Source: Eledone cirrhosa | Taxonomy: Eukaryota | Reading direction: 5' to 3' | Length of the DNA: 64,000 nucleotides | Assembly: GCA_964016885.1 (NCBI GenBank) | Contig: OZ024740.1 | Coordinates: 249,798,001-249,862,000 of the forward strand | Shown: positions 1-13,219 of the stretch, piece by piece | How the letters are laid out: each line of letters begins with the position of its first letter | Numbering within the stretch: the stretch's first letter is position 1 | Made by a program: the position numbers and the translations under genes | The notes under the pieces: model-generated | What the model was told of the DNA's origin: nothing | What the model saw: the letters and a program-made list of their open reading frames with translations, nothing else | Database searches by the model: none

Positions 1-1
1 T

Positions 2-508
2 AATCATAATACTAGAAGTAGAAACAAAAACAACCACTCAAAATACCCCCTTAATCAGTATACTAGTAAACAAAACAATTGTAATTGTAGGCCTAACAAG
101 ACATGCCCATTAAATAAGAACTGCCTAATTAAAGACATTGTCTACTCCGGTACTGTAACCGCTAATCACATCTCGAAAGTATATATAGGCTCAACATCGA
201 ATAGCTTTAAGACCAGATATAATTCACACCTTCATTCATTCAGAAACCCTAAACTTAGCAACATAACCTCACTATCCACATACATACACTCATTAAAATC
301 AAGTAATATACCATATACCTTAAAATGGGAAGTGATAGCTAAGGCCCCTTCATATAGACCACCTAACAAATTTTGTAACCTTTGCACCCTTGAGTCTAAA
401 AATATTATTCACTCTAACCTTAGCCTCCTAAATAGGAAATCAGAGATCTTCTACATGTGTTCACATTACCATAGATTCTCGTTCCACTACTTCAAATCTA
501 GTAACTAA
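2..508 (+). mobile_element. Penelope-like element (Naiad type), C-terminal GIY-YIG endonuclease portion, runs off the window start
   Basis: Open frame from nt 2: CNCRPNKTCPLNKNCLIKDIVY..VYIGST..FKTRYNSHLHSF..CNLCTLE..LNRKSEIF; homologous to the C-terminus of ORF 61889-63235. Confidence 0.88.
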
Positions 509-525
509 TAATAATAATAATTATT

Positions 526-611
526 ATTTCTACTTTTGGCACAAGGCCAGCAATTACCCACTGCATTACTGGTACTTTATTCTATCGACTCCGGAAGGAT
601 GAAAGGCAAAA
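526..611 (-). mobile_element. tRNA-derived SINE, 3' fragment
   Basis: ttctacttttggcacaaggccagcaattaccc..ggatgaaaggcaaa, matching the family at 25350-25540, 32975, 33280 and 44223. Confidence 0.8.
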
Positions 612-710
612 ATAATAATAAAAATAAAAATAAAGACCAATGTCGGAGATAACACTAGACCACCACCTTTTAATTTATCCAACTAGACTAAAGGTTCTCA
701 ACGGGGGGGC

Positions 711-1428
711 ATTTATTTATCTATTTATTTATACTTCTCTTAGGTCAGTGTTGTTTGTTTGGGTGTTGTTGTTATTCCATTCATTTTTTCTGTTTAGCCT
801 TGGCCTTCTAAGTTCTATTTCACTGGCCTCTCTGATTTGCCTATCTGCTGGGTCATTTCTATGTTTAGATATTATTCTAATTTCTATGTTGTCTATGTTA
901 CCGTTGTGTTGTTGTCTGGCATGTTCGTATAGTACTGAACTGTTTTTTCGTCCTTTTAGTTCCCCCCAGTGTTGGTCTATTCTTTCACCTATGCTACGAG
1001 CTGTTTCGCCTATGTATGTTGTTGTCATGTTTCTGCAAGTACTCTCTGTACATCTTATGCTATAGACTACGTTTCTAGTTTTACAGTTTATCCAGGGGTT
1101 TGATACATTTCCTATTAGTACAGTGGGTTTTCTTAAAAGGGTAGGTTTTGCTGATCAGGGATTTTATGGTGGTTCCTGGCTTTTCTACCACCTTAATCTT
1201 TAAGTGGGTCTTTCTCAGGCCTTTCTACACTGGTTAGGTAATTTCCCTCCAGGGGTAGCGTCCACAAACATGACACTCTGGTATCTCTGGTTGTCGTACC
1301 ATGAGGTGGCTTTCCCTATCTTATGTCTAGCCCTATCTAAGCTATTCCATGATTTGCTCCTGTATAATGGGCAAATTCCTTTCATGTCCAGTTCTATGAG
1401 GGTCTTATACTTCTCCGTGGCTCCTTCA
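711..1428 (-). mobile_element. Penelope-like element fragment (non-Naiad GIY-YIG region)
   Basis: NCKTRNVVYSIRC..YIGETARSIGERIDQH..RQIREA..LNRKNEW; upstream LYRSKSW..MFVDATPGGKL; frameshifted. Confidence 0.85.
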
Positions 1429-1607
1429 TATACATACATATATTTATATATATATAAATCTACATACATACATATATACATACATACATTTACGTATGTA
1501 TATAGCTATGTATTTATACATTTGTATATATACATGCATTTATATTTAAGCGTGTAAGGTTATATATATATATATATGTGTGTATGTGTGTGTATAATAT
1601 ATATATT

Positions 1608-1648
<41 letters not shown>
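1428..1648. repeat. (TA)n/(CA)n microsatellite cluster
   Basis: Visible dinucleotide runs. Confidence 0.9.
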
Positions 1649-1649
<1 letters not shown>

Positions 1650-1855
1650 GCAGTGTGACAAGAAACTTGTTTCCCAACCACATATTTCCGGGTTCAGTCC
1701 CACTGCCCGAGCCGACCAAAGCCCTGTGAGTGGATTTGATAGATCGAAACTAAAAGAAGCCCGTCGTATATATGTATATATGTCTGTGTGTGTCTTTGCA
1801 TTTCTGTTTGCCCTCCCACCAATGCTTGTTGGTTTGTTGACGTCCCCATAACATA
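1650..1855 (+). mobile_element. tRNA-derived SINE (octopus-like family)
   Basis: Degenerate head with B-box-like ggttcagtccc, then gccgaccaaagcc..gtgagtggatttg..aaagaagcccgtcg and a (TG) tract; family recognised from memory. Confidence 0.7.
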
Positions 1856-2496
1856 CCAAGGTGATGTTCCAGCATGGGCGTAGTCCAGAGACAGAAAAAA
1901 AGTAAAATATATATATGTGTGTGTGTGTGTAGAAGAGGGGTCTCAAACTCAAGGACACAAAAGGGCTATTACGTCCTGGAGGAGAGGCACAGTGGACCAA
2001 GCGTGGTGGTGGGTGAAAAGTCTTCAACAGTCATCCATTATAATTGCAGCATCATTACAAGAATATCACAGTGATGCATTAAGGTAAGGGCGATAATTTG
2101 AGTAACTCTGACTAATAAGTAATGTCTTAACTTAGTATTATCGCGTCTTATCACTACGTGCTTAATTGATGAATTCCATTTCAAAATAGCACATTACTAG
2201 TCATTCTTGCATTAAGTTCTCTTGAACTCACTTGTCTCGACTTGGTTAATTAATTGTTTCTACTTTAGGCACAAGGCCAGCAATTACCCAGTGCATTACT
2301 GGTACTTTATTTTAATGACAGTATTTGTGTTTTTCATTGCAGTTGTGTTTATTATAAAGTGTTATTCCAGAACATTACTTGAAACTTTATCATACTGGAA
2401 CAGGACTCATTATAGTAAGTTCCTTATACATAATTTTATAGGCTTATATAGGCAAATCTTTGCATAACTTTACCAAACACATTCGATAAACAGAAA

Positions 2497-4246
2497 ATGG
2501 CCTCAGCAATGAAGAAAAAATACAGGCAGTACAGCGTTAATTACTTACGGTTCGGATTCATCCCATCGCCATCGAACCACCTGTCATCATGTGTTTAATT
2601 TGCAAGGAGTCCTTTTCGAATGAGGCAATGAAGCCATCGCGTTTGAGTAGACACCTGGAGGTGAGGCACCCCGATAAGAGATATAAAGATTTAGCATACT
2701 TTCAGACTGTTAGGGACCAATTTCAGAAAAACAGCACTAATTTCTTCTGCCTTTTCAAAAGTTGAAGCTTCAAATGTTGATGGACTTGTCGCATCTTACA
2801 ATATTGCCAACATAATTGCAAAGTGTGGCAAGCCCTATTCCTTGGGTGAAATATTGGTAGCTCCTGTCATCTCAGAAGTTCTTTCAACAGTACTACATCA
2901 GAACCCGTTAAAGACCTTGAAATGTATTCCGTTGAGTAACGACTCAATAAGGAGACGCATCGACGAAATGGCGGAAAATGTTGAACAACATCTTGAAATC
3001 GACACAATTTGCTTTGCAACTTGATGAAAGCACACTTTCCTGGGAATCAGTCCTTACTACTGGGATACGTGCGATTTTTCCACCAAAACGAAATGTACGA
3101 GGAGCTTCTCTTCACTCTGAATCTAGCCACAGATACTAAAGGTGCCACCATCTTTGAATCTGTCAAGGGATACCTCGAAGAAAAAGAGATACCGCTTAAC
3201 AATATTGTATCATGTGCTATGGACGGCGCAAGAGCAATGGTCGGCCAACATAAGGGTTTCGTCTCTCTTCTGAAGAGGGAAAATCCATCTGTATTTGCTG
3301 TTCATTGTGTCATTCATCGACAACACTTGGCTGCGAAGAAACTCAGCGAGCCGCTGAGCAAGTCTTTGCAGGTAGCCATTGATGTCATCAATTATATCAA
3401 ACGCCATGCCCTCAATGAACTAATTTTCCGGCAACTGTGCGAAGATAATGACAAACAATTCGTCGAGCTGCTCCTTCATACTGAAGTGAGGTGGCTTTCA
3501 AAGGGCAAGTGCCTTACTCGCTTCTTTGAACTGTTCGACTCTATCATTGAGTTTTATACAGAACTGTATAAAAAGACCCTCGATGTGAGGCAAGACTGTG
3601 CCTACCTCGCCGACATCTTCGACAAATGCAATAGCCTCATTATGGCTTTGCAGGAGGAGAAGATCACCTTGTTTAAAGCAAGGAATGGTGTGAAAATATT
3701 CCTGGCCAAATTGAAAGTCATCGAAAGGAATCTTTGTCGATGGGAATTCTATAATTTTCCTAGTGTCGCCAATGTTCAAAACATTGTGAGCGATGACCAA
3801 CTCCAAATTTATACCGCGCACGACAAGACAACATGATAGAACGGTTTGTCGACCTTTTGCAGATGGATATCCCAATGTGGATAGCAGATCCCTTCATAGC
3901 TAACGTCGACGATTTCGACGTTAAATTTCAGGAAGAATTAATTGAACGTCAGACAGATGACATTATCAAAATTAAATTTTCCAAAATAGGTAAACCCCTT
4001 TTTTGGATGCAAGAGGAAATTCAACGTCGATTTCCACTCCTACATGCAGAGGCTAAGAGATTTGCTTTGCCTTTTCCTAGCTCATACTTAGTCGAGAGGG
4101 GGTTTGGCGCTGTTTCCAGACTGCACAGTAAGGCTCGCAACCGCTACAATGTGATTGCACATGGAGATCTCCGGCTACATCTTCCAAAAATCCAGCCTGA
4201 CGTCAAAGAGTTAGCTAAACTCCATGAAGCTCAAGGGTCCCATTGA
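2497..4246 (+). pseudogene. Frameshifted hAT/Buster transposase (ZBED5/SCAND3-like)
   Basis: MASAMKKKYRQY start, BED finger CLIC..MKPSRLSRHL..H, DGARAM, HCVIHRQHL, HTEVRWLSKG, FPSSYLVERGF, end QGSH; several frameshifts. Confidence 0.92.
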
Positions 4247-4837
4247 AACGAGGTCAAAGTAAGTCGATTTATTATTTGTAGTTGCAGTCTGACTGGACTG
4301 GAAACCATCTACAATTCACTTACTCATTTGTTGTATATATTTTACCGTTTACTAATGAATATACCCTCTTACGTGGTCATGAAAACCCTCTTCCGTGGTC
4401 TCTAAGCTCACAAAGCGGAGGGGACATCAAGTTAGATATCAACATTTATTCTGCCCGTTTCATTAAAGGGAAAATTGGAAAGCTTTGAAATAATACAATT
4501 GCCACTTTCTTCCAGATAAGAGCACTCTTTGGATAGACAGAGTTGCTCTTGTATAAATGTTCAAAATAGCTGGTATCGTCTGGTGGGAATATAACAACTT
4601 CAACTGGTCCTTATTCATAAAAAAGAACATTTATGTTCCATTTTTTGAAATTTATATACTTCCTTTCAAGGAATGTATTTATACTTTCAACTGCCTGCAA
4701 TGGTATCTTTGGAATATCATTAATCAATTTTTTAGTAATTTACTGATATCAAAATCAGTAGTATATTGAAAAATGGAAAGAATGAGTAGGGGGGCGTTTC
4801 GTGATTTCGAGGGGCCGAAATGGGTTGAGAACCTTTG

Positions 4838-6490
4838 ATCTAGATCAATTCGATCTCTGATTAGCTGTGCTATAACTCTTTCTGTGACCTTCATGACCTG
4901 GTCAACTAACTTAATGCCTCTATAGTTTCCACTATCTAGAGCATTCCCTTTACCCTTGTAGCAGTTAATGATGATACTACTATGCCAGTCATTTGGTATG
5001 ACCCCCATTCTGTATTACTTGGTTTACTATCCGGGTGACCATAGTATGTCCCATTTATTCTCCCCATTTAGTAATCTCTCGTAGTGACACTTACAAGCTA
5101 CCTTCTTATCAGTGAGGGCAAGTACACTATCATCATTATGGACACACTTCTCCCCGACAATATCACGGTTTTCCTTGATACATTGTCTAGCAATCCGGAA
5201 CACCTCACGTTGTAGAACATGCTTGAACTTTCTATCCTCTGCTTCCCATTTTGCAAAGTACACTTGTCTCCTAGCTTCTCTCCTGGCCACTTGATAGTGT
5301 TCACTACTTCCCCCATCCTGCCATACTTTCCAAGCCTCCTTTTTGGCCTTGATTGACTCCTCCACCTTACTGTTCCACCACCAAGTTACTCTCCTCCTGC
5401 CAATAGATCTGCTCCAGCCACAGATTTCATCCATCGCTTTCAGCAGGTTCACTTTCAAGAATTCCCACTGTTCCTCTATATTGCACGTCTCTAATTGCTC
5501 TTCCTTATTGTCAAAAGCATCAAGTAATAAGCTTTTAAATTTGTCACTGGCTGTGGGGTCCTTCAACTTCCATATTCTTCTCCTCAAGGTAGTCCTCCTC
5601 TGTCGTCGAGTACGTCTATTTCTGACTATGAGGTCACTAACTACTAGGCTATGTTGGGAGGTGCATTCTTCATGGGGGAGGAATTTAGTGTTTACAACAG
5701 ACACTTTGTCACGTCTTCTAGTAAGGATATAATCTATCTGACTGGCGTGTTCCCCTGATCTATAGGTGATCAAGTGGTTTTCTCATTTTTTGAAGATTGT
5801 GTTACAGATTAATAGCGTCACAGAATTCCATGATTCTGAAGCCTTCCTCATTTCTATTACCAAACCCATAGCCTCCATGGATTCCATCATAGCCGTCACT
5901 ATGTTGTCCAACGTGACCATTTAGATCACCAGCAATAATTAAGTAGTCACTGTCAGTTATTTGGGAGGTAGTGTGCATTAGCGACTCATAGAACCTGTCC
6001 TTTATAACGTCAGGTAGACCAGATTGGGGTGCATAAGCGGTTATTATTGTCACAGTAGTTCTATTTAGAACTAGTCTTATTTTAATTATTCTGTCATTTA
6101 CGTCAATTACCTTATCTACCCATTTTTCAGCTAACATAATTCCTACTCCACCCAGTCCGTTCATTTCCCACCCAGAAAAATTTATAGCATCGTTTTTTAC
6201 CCACAATGAATCTAGCAGACCCCACTCTCCACCTAGTCTCTTGAACACAACAAACATCAACTTCCATACGTTCAAGCATCTCTACAACCTCATTTGAGCG
6301 GCCTTTCAATGTGCCTGCGTTCATGGTACCAACTCTGAAGTTGGGTGGGTGGAATGGATGGGTTGGAGGGACAGGGAGGGGTGTGGGAGACGGAATTATG
6401 ATGGTTATCCATGTCTGAAATAAAGCGGGGTCCTTGCATTCTTGTCCTGCAGCAGGAGGTGAATTTATCTTTGTCTGTGACATTGTCATT
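4838..6490 (-). mobile_element. RTE-clade LINE fragment (APE endonuclease and start of RT), cut by the hAT end
   Basis: VGTMNAGTL, CVQETRW, YAPQ, GDLNGHVG, YKGKG..NYRGIKL; frameshifts and an internal deletion. Confidence 0.9.
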
Positions 6491-7029
6491 GAGTATTCAG
6501 ACTTTCAACCAGGTCTAAGCTTAAGGAGTAATAACCGAGGTGTTAGCTTTGCTATACAGATTTGTAAGAGAACTTACTATAAACCGCTGAGTTATGATTG
6601 GACCAAATAGCAATGGGGGTGGGAAATAGGTAACTTTAGGAGAAGGTTAGTTTTTAGGAAGGGTCCAAACAGAATGCGGCATATTTTTAAAAACATGTAA
6701 AATATTAATTGAAAATCCGAGAGAAAAAAGGGGAGATTAGAATTCTAGACTGGCATAAATGAAAGTTTAAAACACTGGTCATCAAATGGACTACGGAAAA
6801 ATGGAAAGACAGGTGTTTTTCTTACATTTCTCAAATCAACAAATCATCCGTAAAGAGAGATTAGATAGATAAATTTTGGCCTTAGAACCCTACAGGGTTT
6901 ATTTTATACTTGCGGAGTGAAGAGGACGTGAGAAGGAGCAAGCGATAGACAAATGATAGGGAGCGAGGTGAGGAAGTTTCTAGAATAATTAATAATGATT
7001 AACAATGTTTTTAGGAAGGGTCCAAACAG

Positions 7030-7440
7030 TAATATTATTCCAAAAACCGTTTGAAGGAACACCATTTTGGCCACTTATATTCACAATTGTATGCTTTCGG
7101 TCATTCCCAAAGATTTATGACCATAAGTAAGGATTGGCACAAACACCAAATTGAAGATAGTAGATTTGGCTTTTACATCTCCCTCCTTTCTGATGACCCT
7201 GTACTGAAGCTGGCACATTACTACACCAGTTCCTACCTTTTTTACATTCAGTTCAGCTCCTATGATTTTTGTATTTAATTAAACTCCATGCTTTCCATCA
7301 CTCTTGAAATACTTGAACTTCTCCACCAACTACACTGGAACTCTACTTAGATGTAGAGTGCATTGCACAGGCTTCCTTGAGAGGACGAGTGTCTCAGTCT
7401 TCACAGCTCTGATTTTCATTTCTGCCAGGTCTGCAAATTC
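7030..7440 (-). mobile_element. Old RTE LINE fragment (second family)
   Basis: Degenerate KTETLVL..VEKFKY region, same family as 11860-12418 and 22010-23510. Confidence 0.7.
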
Positions 7441-8037
7441 CAGCAGCCAATTGATCCGACAGAAGTTGATCAACAAAACTTCATGGACCAACAAATATAA
7501 ATATAATTTCAATTGCATTATGTAACATTGTGGGACATAAAACTCACTTAGGAAAACAAAATCCTTGGTATGGACCACTGGTGGTGCACCTAACACTGAC
7601 CTTCACTGTTTTACATGACTGCTTGACCTGCTAGAAATAATGAGCAAATCTCTTAAAAAAAAAAAACATCCTACTTGCTAACAAAACAGTCATCATATTT
7701 TCCCTGCTAGCAAAGAGAGTGGATGTTAAATGGTGATGATGATGATTGCTTATCTAAATAGTAGGATGTAAGTGAGATGCAGTGTCCAAGAGAAAGATGG
7801 GTTGGCTATGGGGGAATGTTTTTGATGATACGGCTAACCTGAAGCTAAGCAGTAACAACACTGCATCCAATTCTATATGATCACCTTTACCAGTATTATT
7901 ACTTAAATATTTAACCCTTATCAAATTGTTTATAAGACTCTTAATTCTTGCTCACAAAGAGACTAAAATGTTCTGCTATTTTGAGCAAGAACAGTTTGGG
8001 AGTCAACATGACATTGATCAATATCTACTGTTTAGTT

Positions 8038-10855
8038 TCATCATCATCATCATCATCACCGTTTTACGTCCGTTCTTCCACGCTAGCATGGGTTAGACGG
8101 GTTGTCCTGTTGTGGGCAGTGTCTGGTCGGCTGACCATGCCTTGCTCATACAGGAACTGATCTGGCTTGATTTCTACAGCTGGATGCCCTTCCTAACACC
8201 AACCTCATTTACAGTGAGTGCTGGGTGCTTTTTCGTGGCGCCTACACGTCCACTTTACAGTGTGGGCTGGGTGCTTTTTTGCCGTGGCACCTCCACGGCC
8301 ACCTTGCGGTGGAGGGGGGGGGGGGCATATTGTTTATATGCTTCAGCATGTACCCATGGGAGGTCGGGTACCCTGTATTACTGCGTGACGCCAGAAGTCA
8401 CGGTCGTGTGTCATTGACTTTGAGAGGTGTAGTTGGGTAAGGTCGGCTTTTATCACCTCATCCCAAGTCATCTTGGGTCTCCCCACTCCGCGGTTTCCAT
8501 CAACTTCTAGTGCTCTGCACCTTTTTATGCAGCTGTCATCCTTCATACGCATCACATGTCCATACCAGCGTAACCGCCTCTCCTGCACGCAGCATTTGAT
8601 TCCTCTTATGCTCAGTCTCTCTCTCAATTCCTTTATGCTTTGTCGTTCACGTATATTACTGTTACACATCCATCGGAGCATGCAGGCTTCGTTTCTCTCT
8701 AATCTACGTAAGTCTTCCACCTTCAGCGCCCAGGTCTCACTACCATGCAACATCGCTGTTCGGATACACGCATCATACAGTCTGCCTTTCATTCTGAGGG
8801 AGAAGCCTTTTGCAGCTAGCAGTGGTAGTAGTTCCCTAAACTTCTTCCATCCCGTTCTTACCCTAGTTATTGTACTTTCTGAGCACCCACCTCCGTTGCT
8901 AATTCGGTCACCTAGGTAGCAGAAGCTGTCTACTGTTTCTACAGGGCCCTCCCAGAGATTGGTGGTACTTGTTTCCTGTGGCTGTTTGCTTGCTGTTTCA
9001 GCACAGCTGCTGCATGTGAATCCTACATTCTTAATTAAGCTTCCTGAGATCCCGCTACATCTCTTGTGTACCCATTGTTTGCATTTGGGGCAGAGAATGG
9101 AGTTTCTACCTACACCTTTCCTACATACTGAGCAAGGCCATTTCCCTGAGGGGATCTGGGTTCTGTTTTCTCGTCTACTTACAAGGACCTTAGTCTTTGT
9201 CATGTTGACTTTGAGGCCCTTTCTCTCTAGTCCCTGCTTCCAGGTTTGGAATTTATTCTCTAGTTCTACCATAGATTCAGCTATGAGTGCGAGGTCATCA
9301 GCATACAGGAGTTCCCATGGGCATCCGGTCTTAAACTCCTCCGTTATTGCCTGCAGGACTATGATGAACAGGAGAGGGCTAAGAACAGAGCCCTGGTGGA
9401 CCCCAACCTGTACGCTAAATTTCTCGCTATACTCATTGCCAATCCTAACTTTGCTGACTGCTCCCCTATACATGGCTTGTACCGCTTTCACAAGCCATTC
9501 ATCTACTCCTAGTTTTCTAAGAGCCCACCAGATTACTGCACGTGGAACTCTGTCAAAGGCTTTCTCAAGGTCGACAAATGCCAAGTAGAGTGGCTTACTT
9601 TTAGCTAGGTACTTTTCCTGTAATTGCCTCACAAGGAAGAGGGCATCAGTGGTGCCTTTCCCTGGTACAAACCCAAATTGCATCTCGTCTATATTCACCC
9701 GGTCCCTAATCAGCTGTGCTATAACTCTTTCTGTTACTTTCATGACCTGGTCCATCAACTTTATACCTCTATAGTTTCCTCTATCTAGTGCATCGCCTTT
9801 ACCTTTGTAGCAGTTGACAATGATGCTACTGCACCAATCTTTTGGTATGGCCTCCTCTAGTATTACCTGGTTAACGATACGTGTGGTTATAGTGTGACCT
9901 ACAGACCCAGATGCCTTCAGCATCTCGGCAGCTATACCCGATGGACCGGTTGCCTTCCCTATCTTCATATCTCTGATTGCCTTACTTACTACGCTGCCGC
10001 TGACTTGTACTGCTGGTCCCTCTATAGGGTCTACGTGGGGTAGGGTCTCTTCTTCCCATGCATTCTCCTCATTTAGTAATCTATCATAATGACTCTTCCA
10101 TGCATCTTTCTTCTCAGCACTTGTGAGGGCAAGCTCACCTTTATCATTCCGGATACACTTCTCTCCAATGACATCACAACTATCTCTGACACACTGCCTC
10201 GCAATCTTGAATACCTCCTGTTTCTGGTCCTCACGTTGTAAAACATGCTTGAATTTTCTATCCTCTGCTTCCCTCCTAGCTAAGTATACTTGTCGCCTAG
10301 CTTCCCTCTTGGTCTCTATGTAATGTACCCTGCTCCCCCCGTTCTTCCATTCTTTCCATGCCTGTCTCTTGGCCTTGACTGCTTCATCTACCTTATTGTT
10401 CCACCACCAAGTCACTCTCCTCCTGCTTGAGGTCTTACTCCAGCCACAAACCTCATCCGTCGCCTCTAGTAAGTTATTTTTTAGGAACTCCCAGTTCTCT
10501 TCTACGTTAAATGTCTCTATCTGTTCTTCTTTACTGTCGTAGGCGTTGAGTAAAATATCTTTAAATCTGTTACTGGTTGAGGGGACTTTCAGCTTCCAGA
10601 TCTTTCTTCTCCAGGTTGGCCTCTGTTTCAGGGCTCGTCTAGTTCTGACCGTGAGGTCGCTGACAACTAAGCTATGTTGGGATGTACATTCCTCACTAGG
10701 GAAGGCTTTTGTGTTTACGACCGTCCATCTGTCACGTCCTCTGATGAGGATAAAATCTAACTGACTAGAGTGCTCCCCTGATCTATAGGTGATCAGGTGG
10801 TTGTCGGGTTTTTTAAAGTTTGTGTTACATATCGACATGTCATTGGCGTCGCAGC
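8038..10855 (-). mobile_element. 5'-truncated RTE LINE with uninterrupted 831-aa ORF (8343-10838), 3' UTR and (TGA)n tail
   Basis: FVDLEKAFD, GVHQGSVLSP, YADD, PHD-like Cys cluster, RLRWYGHVMR; (tca)n at 8038-8058. Confidence 0.95.
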
Positions 10856-11859
10856 TATAACCATATCACAAACAGTGCAATGAAAAGTTTGAAACCAAGA
10901 AATAAATGGAATTTATAAAGTTAAGTTATCAGTTTTTGTGTGTTTTAAAATGACTCTTCCATGTGGCAATTGTTTGTATAGTTTCTTTACAGAATTATAT
11001 AGATTCTTGCTATAATTGGAAAGGCTGGTTTGAATATCTTAATACCAGCCACTCCAGTAGGCAGGGCAACTTCTCTAGTTCTCTGAGTTTCATGATAAAA
11101 TGCACCCAGTACATGTGAAATAATTGGTGTAAGGTAGGGCATTAGGCTATAAAAACTGCCAAAAATGAGAAGCATAAGAGCAAAATGTTGTCCTCCAATC
11201 TGTCTAGCAGAAACTCCGAATAGGAACAGACTCGGACCGACCTGGCCAGTCTATGCCAACATAGAAATTGGGCATAAAAGGGTGAAGATTGCACAATTTG
11301 ACTTTGGAGGGAATTTGGTTGCTATTTCTAATTGTTTGAACAACTACTAATGTGTTGTTGGTTCACTAACAAATTTGTTTTTCCCTTCTAAATAGAAAGA
11401 GATGTGAAAATTGTAATTTGAGAGATTTATCCACAAAGAACACCTCTATCATTTGCTTTTAGGATATTTTTCTTAAAATAGTCAGAGAAGGTTACTTTGC
11501 TCACAGAAGGGGATAATGTAGGCTATCCTAGCAGCTAGTGGTCAAAGAAGATTTAGCATGTAATGGAAATGGATGTATACAGGTCTGGCAACAGCTAGAG
11601 AGTGATTAGTCTGTTGGATCTAGTAATCAACATCTCTGCCTGCCACATATAAAGTTTCCAATACTGGGTTTCGACATAAAAATCACTGAAAAATAGGATA
11701 ATAAATGCACAAATGTGACAAAAATCATGGCAATAATTTCTTGAACAACTCAGGCTAAAGCAACAGTGTAAAATGGTCAGTGATTTGTGCTGAAAGTGTA
11801 AATAACAGTAGTAAACAGAAATGTGTGGCAGAACAGAATATTGGACTAGAGTTTCTTTT

Positions 11860-12418
11860 TCTTTGCTCATTTATTCCAGAGTCCTCAAACACTCCTTCTG
11901 TCAGAAGCAACTTTCTCCAATTGATCTGGCTGGATACCCAAGCCAGACCAGCCAAGCTCATGGATGTTATCCAACCATCTTGCTCAGTGTTTTTCCCTGG
12001 TCAGTGGTTTTGCCTGTAAAATCTGTCCATTGATTCTTTCCTGAGACACATTCCCATAGTATCGGAGCTGTGATCTCTCAATTTGGAGAAGTAGTGACTC
12101 TCTGATCTTCAAGCTACACAATCTATCAAATAACGTTACTCCGAAGACCCTTTGGAGGAACCCCATTTTGGCCGCTTGTATACTTTCGATCATTACCCAA
12201 GGTTCATGACGATATGTAAGGGTTGGCATGAATACCGAATTGAAGATAGCAAATTTGGCTTTTATGCCTATCTCACTTCTGATTACTGAATGGTGAAGCT
12301 GGCACATTATTGCACCAGCTCCATCAATTCTTGCACTTAATTCAGCCTTCCATCACTCGTGTACACGGCCCCAAGATACTTGAACTTCTCCACCTGCTTC
12401 AGTGGAACTCCATTCACA
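11860..12418 (-). mobile_element. Old RTE LINE 3' fragment
   Basis: EKFKYLG, FNSVFMPTLTY, QLRYYGNV remnants. Confidence 0.78.
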
Positions 12419-13075
12419 GCTGTTAAATGCTGCAGGCATAAGAGGATTGGTGTAGTGCCAGATGGCAGGAGGACCCCTTTGGTTCAATCAAGAAGTCAAA
12501 GTTACCATCCAAGCAAAGAAGGAGGCGTACAAAACTTGGCTTGGAAAAAGTCCTCCTTCTTGCACTTGCGGTACAAGCAGGCATAAAGAATCACAGCAGA
12601 GACAGTAAAAGCATCCAAAGTTTAGACATAGGAGGACTTTGGAGTTAAGCTGGAATCTGACCAGATTAGTAAATAAAGTATTCTGGCAGATCATCCAGTG
12701 ACTTTGTAATAAGCAGTCCTCCTCCACACCTGCTATCAGGAACATGTCTGGAGTTCTCTCTTCAGAGAGGTGGAGAGAATACTTTACTGACCTCTTAAAC
12801 CCGATCACAATAGCACCTTCTGTTGTACACAAGGTGCATCTGGGAGGGGTGACTAACCCCTTTGAGGCTGAGGTTACAAGAGCAGTGAGAGAGCTCAAAT
12901 GTGGGAAAGCCGCTGGGGAAGATGAAATCTGGCCCGAGATGTTAAAAGCCTTAAATAGGTATTCTCTGGCTGACTCATGTGTACCAGGTGGCCTGGATTT
13001 ATGGAAAGGCACCTAAGCAATGGCAATCAGGAGAGATAATGCCAATTTTCAAAAAGTAAGACAAGAGAGATAGGA
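12419..13075 (+). mobile_element. Old RTE LINE internal fragment, opposite orientation to its left neighbour
   Basis: RWREYFTDLLN, GKAAGEDEIWPEMLK, IMPIFKK. Confidence 0.78.
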
Positions 13076-13090
13076 CTAGATGGTTTAAGC

Positions 13091-13145
13091 CAGGAGTTCT
13101 CAAACTTTTGGGGCCACGGCCACGTACTGTCCTCAATGCCCCAAC
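13091..13145 (+). mobile_element. hAT-type terminal fragment
   Basis: caggagttctcaaactttt preceded by gttTAagc; no partner end found. Confidence 0.45.
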
Positions 13146-13219
13146 CATATATCCTACACACAAATCATAAATATATAATAAATAAAATCATTATATATAA
13201 CAAATAATATAATATATGT

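Larger units (their letters stand above)
689..4837 (+). mobile_element. hAT (Buster-like) DNA transposon remnant with nested insertions
   Basis: Inverted termini taaaggttctcaac (689-702) and gttgagaacctttg (4824-4837), each beside an nnnTAnnn 8-mer; transposase inside; pairing of the left TIR is uncertain. Confidence 0.6.

Noticed and set aside
2497-4246. Domesticated ZBED/SCAND gene
   Set aside because: Multiple frameshifts and a retained TIR indicate a dead transposon
8473-10764. Plus-strand ORFs overlapping RTE copies
   Set aside because: Antisense shadows with no recognisable motifs; they recur only because the element recurs
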